A stretch of 64,000 nt of DNA from an uncultured Gammaproteobacteria bacterium (GCA_964476245.1 CAYYYW010000001.1:26808-90807); one strand, 5' to 3'; positions 9,533 through 18,186 are shown, counted from the stretch's first letter. Numbers and translations are program-made. Notes: a model not told the origin generated them from the letters alone.

Positions 9533-9836
9533 AAGCCCCTATATTGTACAAAATTCATTGACTTTATCCTTATTATACCATTCTATAGGATATTCGGGGA
9601 TAATTTTGATGCCATCGTCTCAAAATTTGTGGACTTTTAGAGTTTAAAATTAACAGGCGATCCGCACGGTAAATTTAAACCAGTTTAAATTGTCAGTACT
9701 TTTAATTTTTTTATACCCCTTCGCCCCGCTAAGCGGGGCTTCTGTAGGTATATACTCCCGATTAAATCGGGACAAAATCAAAACAGAGTGGTATAGTATA
9801 ATTAAGAAACGTAACAAAGCCTTTATCTGTTTCTTA

Positions 9837-9919
9837 GCCAGAGTGGTGAAATGGCAGACACGCACGCTTCAGGGGCGTGTGCTCGTAAGAGCGTGGGAGT
9901 TCAACTCTCCCCTCTGGCA
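9837..9919 (+). tRNA. tRNA-Leu (anticodon CAG)
   Basis: Acceptor GCCAGAG/CTCTGGC. Anticodon stem CACGC/GCGTG with loop TTCAGGG. Long variable arm (TGCTCGTAAGAGCG). T-arm GGGAGTTCAACTCTCCC. CCA is not encoded. Confidence 0.85.
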
Positions 9920-9927
9920 CTACGGCG

Positions 9928-10027
9928 GGCAGGCAGGTACGCTTCAGGAGCGTATGCCGCAAGGCGTAGAGGTTCAAATCCTCCTCGAGGCACTTTGGCA
10001 GGCAGGTACGCACGGTTCAGGGCCGTG
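9928..10027 (+). pseudogene. Two decayed partial tRNA-Leu(CAG)-like copies
   Basis: 9928..9992 repeats GGCAGG + anticodon arm (GTACGC-TTCAGGA-GCGTAT) + variable arm + T-arm (GAGGTTCAAATCCTC) + a 3' acceptor-like end, but has no matching 5' acceptor or D arm. 9997..10027 repeats GGCAGGCAGGTACG + an anticodon-arm-like hairpin (CACGG-TTCAGGG-CCGTG). Confidence 0.5.
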
Positions 10028-10047
10028 TTCTCGAATATGACCATTTT

Positions 10048-10081
10048 TACCATCTCGATCACGGCCGTTATCAAGATAGTA
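10048..10081. repeat. Nested palindrome TACCATCTcgaTCACGGCCGTTatcAAGATAGTA
   Basis: Outer arms TACCATCT/AGATAGTA and inner palindrome ACGGCCGT. Overlaps the stop codon (10071..10073) of the PaaX/Cas2-like gene. Confidence 0.75.
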
Positions 10082-10661
10082 ATCCAAAATATCTTTTTAC
10101 CTGTTCTTCATTCTCAATCTCATCAGCAGTTATATAACTTATATACTTTGCCCCTTCCACTATTTTCTTCACCAACCCAATCTCTTTTTTACATTGATAA
10201 GGAAATATATAAACGCTTTGTTGATACTGGTAAAACCCAATCTCGCGCAAAAAGTTCCTCAAGTAATCTCTCTTATTCCTTTGATCTTCCGGCACGTCAA
10301 AAATAATAATAAACCATTTACCATTCCATCTTTTTTTTCTTCTTTTAAGAGTCAATAATGGTTTAAGAGAGTATTTTAAAATCACCGGAGTCCAGCCAGA
10401 TTTTAAATATACATGGGCTTCGCCATTTTTTTCAATTATTTGAATCAGCTCTTTTTTCTCAAGATTTTTCAGTACTCTTTTTATTTTCTTTTCGGAGATT
10501 TTCCTGTTATTTAATTCTTTTATTAAGCTTAAAATCGTACCAAATACTATCGGAAAGTTGGGGGTTACAAGAAATGTACCTCCAAGAAGTATCCCCAACC
10601 CTATGCTCGACAAGACTATCTGACGTAATTCACCATGCTTGAATTTATTTTCTTCTTCCAT
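10071..10661 (-). CDS. Membrane-associated wHTH protein with C-terminal PaaX_C/Cas2-like domain (paralog 1)
   Basis: 196 aa. Hydrophobic N-terminus (IVLSSIGLGILLGGTFLV...), a wHTH-like stretch (KKIKRVLKNLEKKELIQIIEKNG), then WFIIIFDVPEDQRNKRDYLRNFLREIGFYQYQQSVYIFP, the pattern shared by PaaX C-terminal and Cas2-like domains. Clear paralog of 49496..50098. Confidence 0.6.
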   Translation of the reverse strand: MEEENKFKHGELRQIVLSSIGLGILLGGTFLVTPNFPIVFGTILSLIKELNNRKISEKKIKRVLKNLEKKELIQIIEKNGEAHVYLKSGWTPVILKYSLKPLLTLKRRKKRWNGKWFIIIFDVPEDQRNKRDYLRNFLREIGFYQYQQSVYIFPYQCKKEIGLVKKIVEGAKYISYITADEIENEEQVKRYFGLLS

Positions 10662-10671
10662 ATTACTATTA

Positions 10672-10705
10672 TACCAACTATATCACGGCCGTTGTTAAGA
10701 TGGTA
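10672..10705. repeat. Nested palindrome TACCAactataTCACGGCCGTTgttAAGATGGTA
   Basis: Second copy with the same TCACGGCCGTT core. Lies about 10 nt upstream of the ATG of 10071..10661. Confidence 0.75.
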
Positions 10706-10780
10706 ATTTAATTATTAATTAAGGATTGTAATTCATGATGAATTCTGTAAATAATTTATGGTAAAATATTTTGAAACATT

Positions 10781-10866
10781 GGAGAGGTGGCTGAGTGGTC
10801 CAAAGCGAAGGTTTGCTAAACCTTTGAGCAGCAATGCTCGCGCGGGTTCGAATCCCGCCCTCTCCG
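10781..10866 (+). tRNA. tRNA-Ser (anticodon GCT)
   Basis: Acceptor GGAGAGG/CCTCTCC. Anticodon stem AAGGT/ACCTT with loop TTGCTAA. Long variable arm. T-arm GCGGGTTCGAATCCCGC. Confidence 0.85.
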
Positions 10867-11091
10867 CCTTCGCTTCGTCGAAGCTCGAAAGAGCGAGAAC
10901 GAGCTTCTTGAAGCTACGGCGAGACACAGTCCGCTTTCACCCGCCGAAGCTCTATCGAAGTCGGGATTCATTAGTTTCCTATTTTGCTTTCCAAAATAAA
11001 TATATTGCTTTTAATTTCGAAATATATCTCAAATCCTGCTTAAGAAGAGCGCTTATGAAAAAGTATAATTTCATGTGTTAAAATAATTTAT

Positions 11092-11847
11092 ATGAAAATA
11101 ACAATTTTATGTGAAAACGCAGCCGGTCATGAATTGGCCAGATACTGCTTAGCAGAATGGGGTTTTTCAGCTTTTGTTCAAGTAAACGACGTGAATATTC
11201 TTTTTGATACCGGTCATACAGAAGTTTATAAACATAATGCTGAACAACTCAAAATTGATTTAAATAATACTCATTTTGTTGTTTTATCTCATTATCACTG
11301 GGATCATACTGGTGGTTTACGATTCCATAATTTAAAAACAAAAAAGAAAATTATTCTTCACCCTCAAATCCTTGAAAAATTACCTCAAGATGAATCACAA
11401 AGAATCAGGCACGATTTTCAAATAGTGACATCAAATAAACCTCTCGAGTTTTCCAAAAATATTTATTATTTGGGAGAAATTCCAAGAAAAACGAATTTTG
11501 AAAAGGGTAGATACAAAGACGATCCTATGCTGGATGATTCCGCCTTGGCGATTAAAACAGCAAAAGGCGCTATAGTAATTACGGGTTGTTCTCACTCTGG
11601 TGTTTGTAATATCTGCCAATACGCTAAAGAAGTAACAGGACAAAAATTATATGCCGTACTTGGAGGACTTCACTTATTTGAAAATGATAAAAAAGCGATT
11701 GAAGGAACAATAAAATATTTTAGGACAGAGAAACCTAAATTCCTTTTTCCAATGCATTGTGTTGATCTTCCGGCGATGGTTGAATTTTACCATAATTTCG
11801 GATGCAAGAAGTATTCGTCAGGCGACACAATTCAACTTGATTGTTAG
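11092..11847 (+). CDS. MBL-fold metallo-hydrolase
   Basis: 251 aa with LSHYHWDHTGG, the HxHxDH metal-binding motif. TAG stop. Confidence 0.7.
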   Translation: MKITILCENAAGHELARYCLAEWGFSAFVQVNDVNILFDTGHTEVYKHNAEQLKIDLNNTHFVVLSHYHWDHTGGLRFHNLKTKKKIILHPQILEKLPQDESQRIRHDFQIVTSNKPLEFSKNIYYLGEIPRKTNFEKGRYKDDPMLDDSALAIKTAKGAIVITGCSHSGVCNICQYAKEVTGQKLYAVLGGLHLFENDKKAIEGTIKYFRTEKPKFLFPMHCVDLPAMVEFYHNFGCKKYSSGDTIQLDC

Positions 11848-11889
11848 ACGATTAGTTTTAATCTGATTTACGCATTTTAAAATAAAATA

Positions 11890-12303
11890 ATGAAAATATA
11901 TTTTGCCGGTTCTATCCGCGGTGGTGGAAGTGATTCTAAATTATATAAACAGATAATTCTACACTTAAAAAAGTATGGGACTGTAATCGGCGGCGAACAT
12001 GCAGATAAAAAAATCCTTTCCACGACTGATGATAAATCAGTTAATGACCAATTTATTTATAATAGAGATAGGAAAAGATTGGACGAAGCTGATGTACTTG
12101 TTGCCGAAGTAACAACTCCTTCCTTAGGTGTAGGATATGAAATTGGTGTTTCGGTTAAAAGCAAAAAGAGAGTCTTATGTTTATTTCGTCAGATAAATGG
12201 AAAAAAACTTTCTGCCATGATTGCGGGATCGCCTGATATAACAATTGACGAATACAAAAATCTAGATGAAGCAAAAAAGAAAATCGATGAATTCTTCAAA
12301 TAA
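11890..12303 (+). CDS. 2'-deoxynucleoside 5'-phosphate N-hydrolase (DNPH1/Rcl)-like, nucleoside 2-deoxyribosyltransferase fold
   Basis: 137 aa. MKIYFAGSIRGG...GGEH...VAEVTTPSLGVGYEIG matches the DNPH1/Rcl signature layout. Confidence 0.6.
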   Translation: MKIYFAGSIRGGGSDSKLYKQIILHLKKYGTVIGGEHADKKILSTTDDKSVNDQFIYNRDRKRLDEADVLVAEVTTPSLGVGYEIGVSVKSKKRVLCLFRQINGKKLSAMIAGSPDITIDEYKNLDEAKKKIDEFFK

Positions 12304-12316
12304 AACGGCGGGTAGC

Positions 12317-12329
12317 AACCGCTTCGGTT
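12317..12329 (+). terminator. AACCGCTTCGGTT hairpin downstream of 11890..12303
   Basis: A 4-bp AACC/GGTT stem (extendable to GCAACC/GGTTG.) with a GCTTC loop, 14 nt after the stop. There is no clear T-tract, so terminator function is tentative. Confidence 0.35.
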
Positions 12330-12509
12330 GACAAAGCATTAGCACAACAATCAAATCTCCCACCTTTGGCGTACGGGCTTTTCCTCATTTCATTGCTTAA
12401 ATTAATTTTATTTGATAGCATAGAAGCGTCCAACAATGGAAAAAAACAGAATATTTAATTCAAAAAAATATTAACAATAAATTTCAAATCTACCTTTTGC
12501 CAAAATCAA

Positions 12510-13100
12510 ATGGGCATTATTATTAAGACAAAATTGTTCCGCAAATTAGCCCGCGTCAGCGTAATAATTGTTGGTCTTTATTTTATTTTCAACGCCTTCC
12601 TTCTTCATAACACCACCCCAAACCCGCCTCCCACCCCAAACGAAAAACTCTCCCCTACCCCCACCCCAACAATTCAACTGTTTAAAGTAACCAGAGTAAT
12701 TGACGGAGATACGATTGTTTTGGAAAATAAAAAGATTGTTCGTTATATTGGCGTTGATACACCGGAAATTAAAAGTAAAACCGACAGCGCCTGTTATGCC
12801 CAAGAAGCAAAATTGGCTAATGAAAAACTCGTTCTTGAAAAAATGGTGAGATTAGAAAAAGACGTCTCCGAAACTGATATATATAAAAGACTTCTTCGTT
12901 ATGTTTATGTTGATAACCCTTCGACAAGCTCAGGACAAGTAGTTTTTGTCAATGAATATTTGGTAAAAGAAGGTTACGCTCTTTTAGCTACCTATCCACC
13001 TGACGTTAAGTATCAACCAATCTTTCAAAAAGCTTTAACATACGCCCGGGAGAATAACAAGGGGTTGTGGAACGAAAACGTGTGTAAGGACACGAAGTGA
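12510..13100 (+). CDS. Secreted/membrane-anchored thermonuclease (staphylococcal nuclease, SNase-like)
   Basis: 196 aa. N-terminal TM segment, Pro-rich linker, then VTRVIDGDTIVL...VRYIGVDTPE...RLLRYVYV. Contains a GC-rich insert, ccttcgacaagctcaggacaag (12917..12939), translated as PSTSSGQ. Confidence 0.75.
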   Translation: MGIIIKTKLFRKLARVSVIIVGLYFIFNAFLLHNTTPNPPPTPNEKLSPTPTPTIQLFKVTRVIDGDTIVLENKKIVRYIGVDTPEIKSKTDSACYAQEAKLANEKLVLEKMVRLEKDVSETDIYKRLLRYVYVDNPSTSSGQVVFVNEYLVKEGYALLATYPPDVKYQPIFQKALTYARENNKGLWNENVCKDTK

Positions 13101-13125
13101 AACGTCTTTTTGTATAATAAAAATA

Positions 13126-14505
13126 ATGGAAAGTTTGCATATTTTCAGAAAAATCCATCGCTCTGGAGTGGAAATAAAAATTAAAAGAAAAAAATACCGC
13201 GTTTCCTACGATCGTCGCATTTGGGAAAAATTTCCCAAGTCTTTACACAAAGTCTTTGCCGACAGCCTAACTTATATAACTACCTGGCATTTGCCTTTAG
13301 TTGAAAAAGCCAAACTTGTCTATCACTTTAATCACCCTTTAATTGAACCGGTTTTTTTTAAAATTCTTCTTTATTCTATTCCCATGAACATTTTTGAATC
13401 TAAAAATGTTACGACATCAGAATTACTAAAAAAATTTTATAACGTTAATTTTCAAACCCAGTTTAAAGGATTAAATTTTCCTTACTCTGGGAAAAAAGTA
13501 AAAAAACAACTTAAAGAAAGAGCTATTGTTTTCTTCTCTTTTGGTAAAGACAGTCTTCTGACTTATGGTCTTTTACAAGAACTTGGGGTCAGTCCGATTT
13601 TAGTTTTTATGAAGGAGCCCCAAAGCGCTATTGAAAACGCTCATAAAAGAAAATTGGCTGATAGGTTTTATAAGAAATTTGAGGAGGAAATAGAATTTTT
13701 TCCTCTTTCTATCGGACGGCTTCGCCAAGAGACAGATATGGCTTGGGGTTGGGACATTATCCTTTCCCAGTACGCTTTTATTCTTGTACCTTATTATTTT
13801 TATTATCAAGCCCGTTATCTCTTTTTCGGTAATGAACGGAGTTGTAATTTTTTTACGACCGATAAGGAAAACTATTTAATTAATCCTGTTTTTGAGCAAA
13901 GCGTTTCGTCCATGCAGCTTTTACAAAGTATTCCCAAGCTTTTCTTTATTCAAACTCATATTGGCAGTTTAATTGAACCAATTAATGAAATTTTTATTAC
14001 TTATATTCTGCACCGTCGTTATCCTGACATTGCTCGGTTTCAAATGTCTTGTTTTTCTGAAGAAGAGGAAGCAAAGAAAAAGCGTTGGTGCGGAGTCTGC
14101 GAAAAATGCGCCCGAATTTATATCTTTTTTAAGGCTTTAGGGATTAGTCCGGAAAGGGTGGGTTTTTATAATAATGATATGCTCTCGGCAAAAAAAGAGG
14201 GCCTTTACGTTATTTTTAATAACGGTCAGGAAAAAAGCGCTTATGGGGAAAGCGGTCTGGGAAAAGACGAACAGCTTTTAGCCTTTTACCTTGCTTATAA
14301 AAACGGGGTGCGGGGCGAGTTAATTGATAAATTTAAATCTTTATATTTGGCGGAGACAGAAAAGAGAAAATATAAGTTAATTGACGAATGTTTTGGCATT
14401 CACTCTTCTCTCTCTCTTCCGTCAACTTTAAGAAAAAGAGTTTTGCGGATTTTTGAAAAGGAGAAAGAAAAAGTTTTAAACTATGTTTACAAATTAGCCG
14501 GATGA
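13126..14505 (+). CDS. PP-loop (adenine nucleotide alpha-hydrolase) superfamily protein, function unknown
   Basis: 459 aa. IVFFSFGKDSLLTYG resembles the SGGxDS PP-loop. The C-terminal half carries a WCGVCEKCARIY cysteine motif. Confidence 0.4.
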   Translation: MESLHIFRKIHRSGVEIKIKRKKYRVSYDRRIWEKFPKSLHKVFADSLTYITTWHLPLVEKAKLVYHFNHPLIEPVFFKILLYSIPMNIFESKNVTTSELLKKFYNVNFQTQFKGLNFPYSGKKVKKQLKERAIVFFSFGKDSLLTYGLLQELGVSPILVFMKEPQSAIENAHKRKLADRFYKKFEEEIEFFPLSIGRLRQETDMAWGWDIILSQYAFILVPYYFYYQARYLFFGNERSCNFFTTDKENYLINPVFEQSVSSMQLLQSIPKLFFIQTHIGSLIEPINEIFITYILHRRYPDIARFQMSCFSEEEEAKKKRWCGVCEKCARIYIFFKALGISPERVGFYNNDMLSAKKEGLYVIFNNGQEKSAYGESGLGKDEQLLAFYLAYKNGVRGELIDKFKSLYLAETEKRKYKLIDECFGIHSSLSLPSTLRKRVLRIFEKEKEKVLNYVYKLAG

Positions 14506-14527
14506 ACCTTGCCATAACCCGAAATCC

Positions 14528-14540
14528 AACCTGACAGGTT
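14528..14540. repeat. AACCTGACAGGTT hairpin element between convergent genes
   Basis: Same hairpin as at 6267 and 31557, in opposite orientation, flanked by GCCATAACCCGAAATCC. May act as a bidirectional terminator. Confidence 0.55.
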
Positions 14541-14563
14541 GATTAACAGATTCATCTGGCAAT

Positions 14564-15541
14564 CTATTTTAACAACGATTCTTCAAAACGTTTTGTACAA
14601 ACAATTTGCGTGGTGGGACAATCATAACAATAGGTTATTTCCTCAACTACAGCTTTAAGTCCACGACGTTTAATAAGCGAAGTTTCTCTTGTTAAATTAG
14701 TTCCACAATCAAAACAAGTTGTCTCTAAGGTTTCTGATCTGGGATATGTCCTTAATACAGATTCTCTGGGAATGCCCCTTTTATGATCTGGGCAGTGATT
14801 TAGAACATACCAACTTCCCTCTAAATCAACCTTAATATGACAACTACATGGTGACCTCGCCTCTACCCCATACCCTCTTTGGGCTCTCCTCAAATCTTCT
14901 GATGGAAGAGTAGAATGCTCAAGACAACGCTCAATCTCGGAAGTATCAATGTCAGTATAACCCATTTCCCAGTATTGATCTGCAGCCTCAAAAACAATCC
15001 CTTCTTTCTTTAATCGAGCTTGGGTTAATAATCCAGTTGTCCATTGATCTTCTTTTGGTTCTTCTTGAAGTTTTAATTCAAACCTTACAAAACCCGATTT
15101 TCCAAAAATAGGCTTTCTTTCTTCTTTTATTTGTTCAAATTGTTCTTCAGTTAGTTGAAGGTTATTTTCAAAGATAAAAACCTCACTACCTTTTTGATTT
15201 AATTTCTTCTTTAATTCCTCAAGCTCTTGCTGAAGTTCTTGAGAAGAAAAAAATCCGTTGACAATAACAATCGCTCGGGCGTAATTGGGATTAGGAAGAC
15301 TTTCTGGTTTTCCATCAATCATCTGCCAGTTGTCTGAATTATAGATTGCTTGGAAAGCTTGTCCAGAAGTTAAATCAATAACAAGAGCTGGTCCTTCTGG
15401 TTTTTCTTGGAAAAGAGGATTTTTATCTAATTGCCGAATAACAGATTCTCCGTAACCTAGATCTTTTAAATGAGGAAAAATCTGAGCTTTCTCTCCTTCA
15501 ATAGAAAATGCCAACTGTTGTGGAGGTGGTTTTTTTGCCAT
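14564..15541 (-). CDS. Hypothetical protein, 325 aa, Cys-rich C-terminus
   Basis: Uninterrupted ORF with an ATG start. The C-terminal third holds multiple Cys/His clusters (CSCH...HCPDH...CFDCG...CYDCP), suggesting zinc binding. E/Q-rich composition, atypical for the neighbours. Confidence 0.5.
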   Translation of the reverse strand: MAKKPPPQQLAFSIEGEKAQIFPHLKDLGYGESVIRQLDKNPLFQEKPEGPALVIDLTSGQAFQAIYNSDNWQMIDGKPESLPNPNYARAIVIVNGFFSSQELQQELEELKKKLNQKGSEVFIFENNLQLTEEQFEQIKEERKPIFGKSGFVRFELKLQEEPKEDQWTTGLLTQARLKKEGIVFEAADQYWEMGYTDIDTSEIERCLEHSTLPSEDLRRAQRGYGVEARSPCSCHIKVDLEGSWYVLNHCPDHKRGIPRESVLRTYPRSETLETTCFDCGTNLTRETSLIKRRGLKAVVEEITYCYDCPTTQIVCTKRFEESLLK

Positions 15542-15648
15542 CTTATTCTGGTGGTTATTTTATCATGTTTGTAAAAAAAAGTCTTTCTATAAGTCCAATC
15601 ATAAGAGTTCACGGTCTTTGACAAAACTGTATCAGAATGCCACATTTT

Positions 15649-15772
15649 GTCATTCCCGCGCAGGCGGAAATCTATATAATTTGAGCTTTTAAGTTAATAT
15701 AAATCTGGATTTCCCCTGTAGGGGACAATAGCCTGCTGGAGTTTACCCCGCCTTTGGCGGGGCAGGAATGAC
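15649..15772. repeat. GTCATTCC...GGAATGAC palindromic element (MITE-like), intergenic
   Basis: gtcattcccgcgcaggcggaaatc ... ccccgcctttggcggggcaggaatgac. The termini are inverted complements. Same terminal family as 30592..30979, 32087..32196 and 52105..52199. Confidence 0.7.
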
Positions 15773-15897
15773 ACGTTTATGTCAAAAATTGTGAAATCTT
15801 ACCTCCAATCAATTACTTCACTTCAATTTATTAATATAATGAAGTGAAAACTATCACTCTTGAAAAGCAACTGCTTTTTTGCTCTAATAATATCTAA

Positions 15898-17415
15898 ATG
15901 ACCTTGACAAAGAATATAATATTATTAATTGTCGTTTTAATAATTTCCCTAACTATTTCTTTCTTGATGATCAAAAAAAACGAAAAAAATGAGAAAACAA
16001 TCAGTCAACCTAAAGTAATTCGTCAGCCAGCCGTGGCCGGCAGTTTTTATCCGGCTGACAAACAGGAATTAAGCGGGCAATTGGAGGCTTTTTTTAAAAA
16101 AACAAAAACAGTTGAAATGACTGGTAAGCCACGGATATTAATTGTTCCCCACGCCGGCATTGTTTATTCAGGTCAAGTGGCCGCCTGGGGATTCAAACAA
16201 ATCCAAGGTAAAAATTATTCCCGGATTATCCTTTTGGGAGCCAGTCATCAGGCTTTGTTTGATAATGTGGCGGTTGACAACGAAGGTTTGTGGCAAACGC
16301 CTATCGGCAAAGTGATCATTGACGAAGATTTTGCCAACTTAATTATTGATAAAAAAGATAATATCATTGCCGACAAAAACCCATTCATCAACGAACATTC
16401 TCTTGAGGTTGAATTAATCTTTCTTCAAAAAGTGCTTGCCAATTTCAAAATTGTCCCCATCCTTGTCAGCAATCCCTCAGATCGGCTAATTGATTTATTA
16501 GCGGAAAAATTGGCGCAAAATTTTGATGAGCAAACCCTTTTGGTGGTTTCATCCGATCTTTCCCATTATCCGCCTTACGAAACAGCCAATTTGGCTGACG
16601 AGGAAACAATTAAGGGAATTCTTTCAGGTAATAAAGACGTTTTTGAAAAAACTATCAAAACCGTTGAAAACAAAAATTATCCCGGTCTGGAAACAGCCGC
16701 TTGTGGACACGAGGCAATTAAAGCTGCTTTAAAAACCGCCGAACTTTTGAAAATTGGCGATTTCCAAAAAATAAAATATGAAAACTCCGGAAGCGTGTCA
16801 GGAGATAAAAGTCGGGTGGTTGGTTATGTAGCTATTGTAGCTTCTAGTGAAAAATTATTAACAGCGCAGTTTCTTGATGAGGAAGGACAAAAAGAAGCTT
16901 TAAAAATCGCCAGAAATACTCTTGAGGATTTTTTAAAAAATAAAACTGTCCCCAGCATTAAACCAAAAAACCAAGACCTCCTTCAACCGTTAGGCGCTTT
17001 TGTCACCCTAAGAAACAGCGGACAACTGCGGGGCTGTGTCGGGGAATTTGAACCAAAAGAGCCGCTTTACAAAGTTATTCAAAAGATGACGGTCTCCGCC
17101 GCCAGCAAAGACATGCGTTTTATCCCGATTGAGGCTTCTGAATTAAAAGATATCACGATTGAAATTTCCGTCATGACCCCCAAAAGAAAAATCAATGACT
17201 GGCGGCAAATTCAGTTAGGAAAACACGGGGTGGTGGTACAAAAAGGTCTAAACGCCGGTACTTTCTTACCTCAAGTGGCTCATCAATCCGGCTGGAAATT
17301 AGAACAATTCTTAAGTCACCTTTGCACCGAAAAAGCCGGCCTGTCATCTGACTGCTACAAAGATCCTTCTGTCTCTCTTTTTGTTTTCGAGGCGCAAGTG
17401 TTTGAAGAGGAGTAA
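15898..17415 (+). CDS. Fused AmmeMemoRadiSam system protein B (MEMO1-like) + protein A (AMMECR1 domain), with N-terminal TM segment
   Basis: 505 aa. VAGSFYPAD...ILIVPHAGIVYSG...SSDLSHY matches the Memo family. The C-terminal GAFVTLRNSGQLRGCVGEFEP...SAASKDMRF matches AMMECR1. Confidence 0.8.
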   Translation: MTLTKNIILLIVVLIISLTISFLMIKKNEKNEKTISQPKVIRQPAVAGSFYPADKQELSGQLEAFFKKTKTVEMTGKPRILIVPHAGIVYSGQVAAWGFKQIQGKNYSRIILLGASHQALFDNVAVDNEGLWQTPIGKVIIDEDFANLIIDKKDNIIADKNPFINEHSLEVELIFLQKVLANFKIVPILVSNPSDRLIDLLAEKLAQNFDEQTLLVVSSDLSHYPPYETANLADEETIKGILSGNKDVFEKTIKTVENKNYPGLETAACGHEAIKAALKTAELLKIGDFQKIKYENSGSVSGDKSRVVGYVAIVASSEKLLTAQFLDEEGQKEALKIARNTLEDFLKNKTVPSIKPKNQDLLQPLGAFVTLRNSGQLRGCVGEFEPKEPLYKVIQKMTVSAASKDMRFIPIEASELKDITIEISVMTPKRKINDWRQIQLGKHGVVVQKGLNAGTFLPQVAHQSGWKLEQFLSHLCTEKAGLSSDCYKDPSVSLFVFEAQVFEEE

Positions 17416-17445
17416 AACCCCGATGAAATAATTTATAATAGAATC

Positions 17446-18186
17446 ATGCTCTGCCCAAATTGTCAGGAAAAATTAACAACAGTAAAATTCGGCCAAGTTG
17501 AGGTTTTTCATTGTCCAAACTGCGGCGGGAGTTTTTTTGAAGAAAATGAGATCAACCGCCTTTCTTTTTCCCAAGCAAAAAAATTAGCCGTTGATAAAAA
17601 AAACGGTTTTATTTCTGCCGCGCCAAAATTCTGCCCCAAAGATAATTTGCCGATGAAAGCTATTCAAGAAGAATCTGTTCCCCAATTTGTCACCCTATTA
17701 AAATGTGAAAAATGCCAAGGAGTTTTTGCTTTTCCTGATGATTTGGTTAATTTCAAAAAGGCCCAACAAACAAAACTTAATTTTTTTAAAACTTGGCGGC
17801 TTCCTCTCCCCTCTTTAAAAAGCATCCTGGTTTATAGCTTTCTTATCTTGACAACCGTTTCGCTATTCTCCTCTTTTCAGGCGATAACCACTAATCAATC
17901 TCTAAAAACTCAAGCCGACGACGTTATAAAATCAATAAAAATTTCCGCTGTCAATAATACAACGGTTGTTTATTTTATAACTAAAGTGCCCTTTCAATCA
18001 GAGGCAGTCTTTTTTAATCAACAAACTGGACAAGAAATTCGAAGAATTATCAGCAAAGAACCCGCCAAAACCCACTTCTTAACCGTCAGGGATATTGCTC
18101 CTTCAGAAACAACCGCCTTGAAAATTATCTTAATATCCGGCAAAACACGCATCACGACTCAACCAATTTTATTTGTCCCAAAATAA
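17446..18186 (+). CDS. Zinc-ribbon (zf-TFIIB-like) membrane protein
   Basis: 246 aa. Two CxxC...CxxC ribbons (CPNCQ..CPNCGG and CPKD..CEKCQG), then a TM segment and an extracytoplasmic tail. Confidence 0.55.
   Translation: MLCPNCQEKLTTVKFGQVEVFHCPNCGGSFFEENEINRLSFSQAKKLAVDKKNGFISAAPKFCPKDNLPMKAIQEESVPQFVTLLKCEKCQGVFAFPDDLVNFKKAQQTKLNFFKTWRLPLPSLKSILVYSFLILTTVSLFSSFQAITTNQSLKTQADDVIKSIKISAVNNTTVVYFITKVPFQSEAVFFNQQTGQEIRRIISKEPAKTHFLTVRDIAPSETTALKIILISGKTRITTQPILFVPK

Noticed and set aside
9690-10306. ORFs 9690..10040 (116 aa) and 9851..10306 (151 aa) on the + strand, and 9650..9865 on the - strand
   Set aside because: They read through tRNA-Leu and its GC-rich partial copies, giving Arg/Ala/Gly-rich low-complexity translations. 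They also overlap the well-supported minus-strand gene 10071..10661.
9920-10780. A complete integrative element (prophage or genomic island) between tRNA-Leu and tRNA-Ser
   Set aside because: The interval is under 0.9 kb and holds a single 196-aa gene, with no integrase, recombinase or phage genes. Only the tRNA-fragment scar and the palindromes are notable, and they are reported separately.
10733-11081. ORFs 10733..10927 (-) and 10758..11081 (+)
   Set aside because: Both are translations across tRNA-Ser and the GC-rich repeat tract that follows it. Neither has a coding signature.
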